A DNA stretch of 64,000 nucleotides from Gemmatimonadaceae bacterium. Its GTDB lineage: Bacteria > Gemmatimonadota > Gemmatimonadetes > Gemmatimonadales > Gemmatimonadaceae. The stretch covers positions 1,472,001 through 1,536,000 of the forward strand of contig JBJMOW010000005.1 in the NCBI GenBank assembly GCA_045803545.1, in the 5' to 3' direction. Made by a program: the position numbers and the translations under genes. Shown here piece by piece: positions 61,948-64,000 of the stretch. The notes under the pieces were generated by a model, which saw only the letters and a program-made list of their open reading frames with translations, was not told the origin of the DNA and did not search any database. Numbering within the stretch: position 1 is the first letter of the stretch; the number at the start of each line of letters is the position of its first letter.

Positions 61948-63203
61948 CCGGGCAGCTTCTGATCACGCTCGCAATTCGCACGGGCGCCATCGCGGCGCTC
62001 TCGCTCGTCGCGGGTGTGGTGCTGCGAAAAGCCCGGCCGAGCACCCGCAGCGTGCTCTGGAATTCGGCGCTGTTTGCTTGCCTGATTACGCCGCTCGCGT
62101 GGATCGCCGCGCCGCCGGTAACTGTATCCGTGCCCGCGCGATTCGTCTTTCAACACCTGGACGCGGTGTCCCCAACGACAATCGCGTCGCTCGCACCTGC
62201 TGCTAGGAATGCCAAGGTATCGGATGCGACCCAGCGGTTCTCCGACCCTGAAGGCTTCGAGACAAACGGTCAGGCGCTGATCGCCCTTTGGTTGGCGGGG
62301 GTGGTGCTGGTCGGGTTCCGATTCGTTCGCCAGGTGCTGGCCGCGCGTAGACTCGTGCGTGGCGCCACCGCGGCCAAACATGCGCTGTTGCGCGATATAC
62401 TTGCCCAAGCGAGAGCATCTCTCGAAATACAAAGAGACGTAGCGGTGCTCCATTCCACGCAGATCGACATCCCTCTCGCCACTGGCATTCTGCGACCGGT
62501 AATTCTCCTGCCAGCGTCGGTCAGCGAATGGAGTGCGGAGGAGCTGCGCATCGTTCTTCTCCACGAGCTTGCGCACGTCCGGCGGGCCGACATCGTTGCC
62601 CGCGTGGCTGCGATGTGCGTCTGCGCTATTCACTGGTTCAATCCCCTCGTCTGGCTGCTGGGCAACCTTTCCACTCGCGACGCCGAGCTGGCTGCCGACG
62701 ATCTCGTTCTTTCCGCCGGCGTTCGGCCCTCCACTTATGCCGATGCGCTTCTCAACGTCGCCGGCAGTGTGCTCCGGTTGCCCCTGATCCAGCCGGCGGT
62801 GCCATTGGCTCGGCGCGCTTTTCTGGCGCACCGGGTCCACGCCATCCTGCGTGAATCGAAGCGTCGTGGAGAAATCGGCCGCGCCGCGGGAATGCTCGTG
62901 GTCTCAGCCACATGCGCTGCAGCTTTGCTGGCAGCCTGCGTGAGGCTTTCGCCCCAGTCAGCGGCCGCTTTCACGACGACCTCAGATAATTCAACCTGGA
63001 TCGGCGGTGCAGCCGACGAGTTGATTCGGGCGCTCGACGACGCGAGTCCGCAGGTGCGGATGGCAGCCGCGCACTCACTGGGACAGCTCCACGCCCAGCG
63101 TGCGCGCCCACGGCTGCTCGATCTCGCCAACGATGCAGACAAAAACGTCCGCTACGAGGCCAATCTGGCGCTCAGCGCACTCGATGCCCGGCAATCACCA
63201 TGA
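61944..63203 (+). CDS. M56 family (BlaR1-like) metallopeptidase with C-terminal HEAT repeats
   Basis: PLATGILRPVILLP, HELAH, HWFNPLVW, ELAADDLV; ALDDASPQVRMAAAHSLG. Confidence 0.92.
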   Translation: MTGQLLITLAIRTGAIAALSLVAGVVLRKARPSTRSVLWNSALFACLITPLAWIAAPPVTVSVPARFVFQHLDAVSPTTIASLAPAARNAKVSDATQRFSDPEGFETNGQALIALWLAGVVLVGFRFVRQVLAARRLVRGATAAKHALLRDILAQARASLEIQRDVAVLHSTQIDIPLATGILRPVILLPASVSEWSAEELRIVLLHELAHVRRADIVARVAAMCVCAIHWFNPLVWLLGNLSTRDAELAADDLVLSAGVRPSTYADALLNVAGSVLRLPLIQPAVPLARRAFLAHRVHAILRESKRRGEIGRAAGMLVVSATCAAALLAACVRLSPQSAAAFTTTSDNSTWIGGAADELIRALDDASPQVRMAAAHSLGQLHAQRARPRLLDLANDADKNVRYEANLALSALDARQSP

Positions 63204-64000
63204 CATTGAAACTGTTCCTCGCCGCTCCGGTGATCATAGCGACATTCGCGCTCCATCGGGGATCGACGAGTGCGTCGCCGGTCGCAGCGCAGCCTGACTG
63301 CGGCTGCACCGATGATCCTCCGTTCGTCCGCAACCCTTTTCGCGTCAAGCCAACGCGCGCCGATCTCGCGCGAATCACCGACGACCTGGCGCGTGATTGT
63401 GCGACCGCAGCAATTGCCTCGCGTAAACTCGGGATGGTCGCAGATGCGTCCTCCGTCGCACCGCTGATCAACGCGCTCCATCACAAGTCGTGTCGGGTGC
63501 GGACGGCGGCGGCGGACGCGCTCGGCGAACTCCGCGATCGGCGCGCAGTAGCTGCGCTCGTCGCCGCGCTGGCCGATTCCGACCCCCGCGTCCGCTCGAG
63601 CGCCGGGTGGTCGCTGGCAAGCATCCCCGATTCTACGGCGGTCCCGGCGTTGTTGATCGCCGTGACGGACAGCGAGAAACACGTGCGGCAGGCGGCGGCC
63701 TCGGCACTTGGCGCAATCGGTGATCCGCGCGCCGGCCCGGCGCTGACGAAAGCTTTACGCGATTCGGAGAAAGACGTTCGACAAGCTGCCGCGCAAAGTC
63801 TCGGTCAGCTGCGGCAACCTGCAGCGATCGCTCAGGCAAAGGAATCTCCCGCCGAGCGTTGCGCGTGGGAGGGCTGGCTGCCGCCCGCGAGAGGGCGCGA
63901 GCGAGTGCGCAACTCGAGGCGACTCGATGCCGCTTCAGTCAATCGTCTCACCGTGCTCACTCGCACGGGCGACAAAAACTCGAGGATGCTCGCGGCGGAG
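63200..64000 (+). CDS. Secreted HEAT-repeat protein (runs off window)
   Basis: Manual translation: MTLKLFLAAPVIIATFAL.., LINALHHKSCRVRTAAADALG, ALADSDPRVRSSAGWSL, DSEKHVRQAAASALG; ATGA overlap with the M56 gene. Confidence 0.88.
   Translation, partial: MTLKLFLAAPVIIATFALHRGSTSASPVAAQPDCGCTDDPPFVRNPFRVKPTRADLARITDDLARDCATAAIASRKLGMVADASSVAPLINALHHKSCRVRTAAADALGELRDRRAVAALVAALADSDPRVRSSAGWSLASIPDSTAVPALLIAVTDSEKHVRQAAASALGAIGDPRAGPALTKALRDSEKDVRQAAAQSLGQLRQPAAIAQAKESPAERCAWEGWLPPARGRERVRNSRRLDAASVNRLTVLTRTGDKNSRMLAAE

Overview
GC-rich bacterial window. The protein repertoire (many eukaryotic-like Ser/Thr kinases, BTAD/SARP-propeller fusions, lipoproteins) suggests Gemmatimonadota; this is an inference. 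1-22 kb: signalling and secreted proteins (three Ser/Thr kinases, two BTAD regulators, lipoproteins, a frameshifted TPR gene, an FG-GAP/ASPIC protein). 22-50 kb: an amino-acid/nitrogen biosynthesis supercluster: hisGDCHABFN(IE), aroF, ilvDBNC-leuA, metY-metX, amtB-glnK-porin-antiporter, a four-helix-bundle gene and leuCDB. 50-64 kb: a two-component cluster bracketed by two paralogous 86-aa proteins, lipoproteins, a putative antitoxin/nucleotidyltransferase pair and a BlaI/M56/HEAT locus. Main result: six regulatory leaders in the supercluster each have a short leader ORF enriched in the cognate amino acid(s), an intrinsic terminator and a complementary antiterminator segment: His (his), Trp/Phe/Tyr (aroF), Met/Cys (metYX), Ile/Leu/Val (ilv and leu) and, most unusually, Asn/Gln in front of amtB-glnK. 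The last is a candidate ribosome-mediated nitrogen-sensing attenuator. A second unexplained layer is a family of 7-bp tandem repeat arrays seen only at 29.6-50 kb. They flank the four-helix-bundle gene in inverted orientation, abut start codons and invade coding sequence. No rRNA, tRNA, CRISPR array or transposase was recognised. All pairings and alignments were done by eye.
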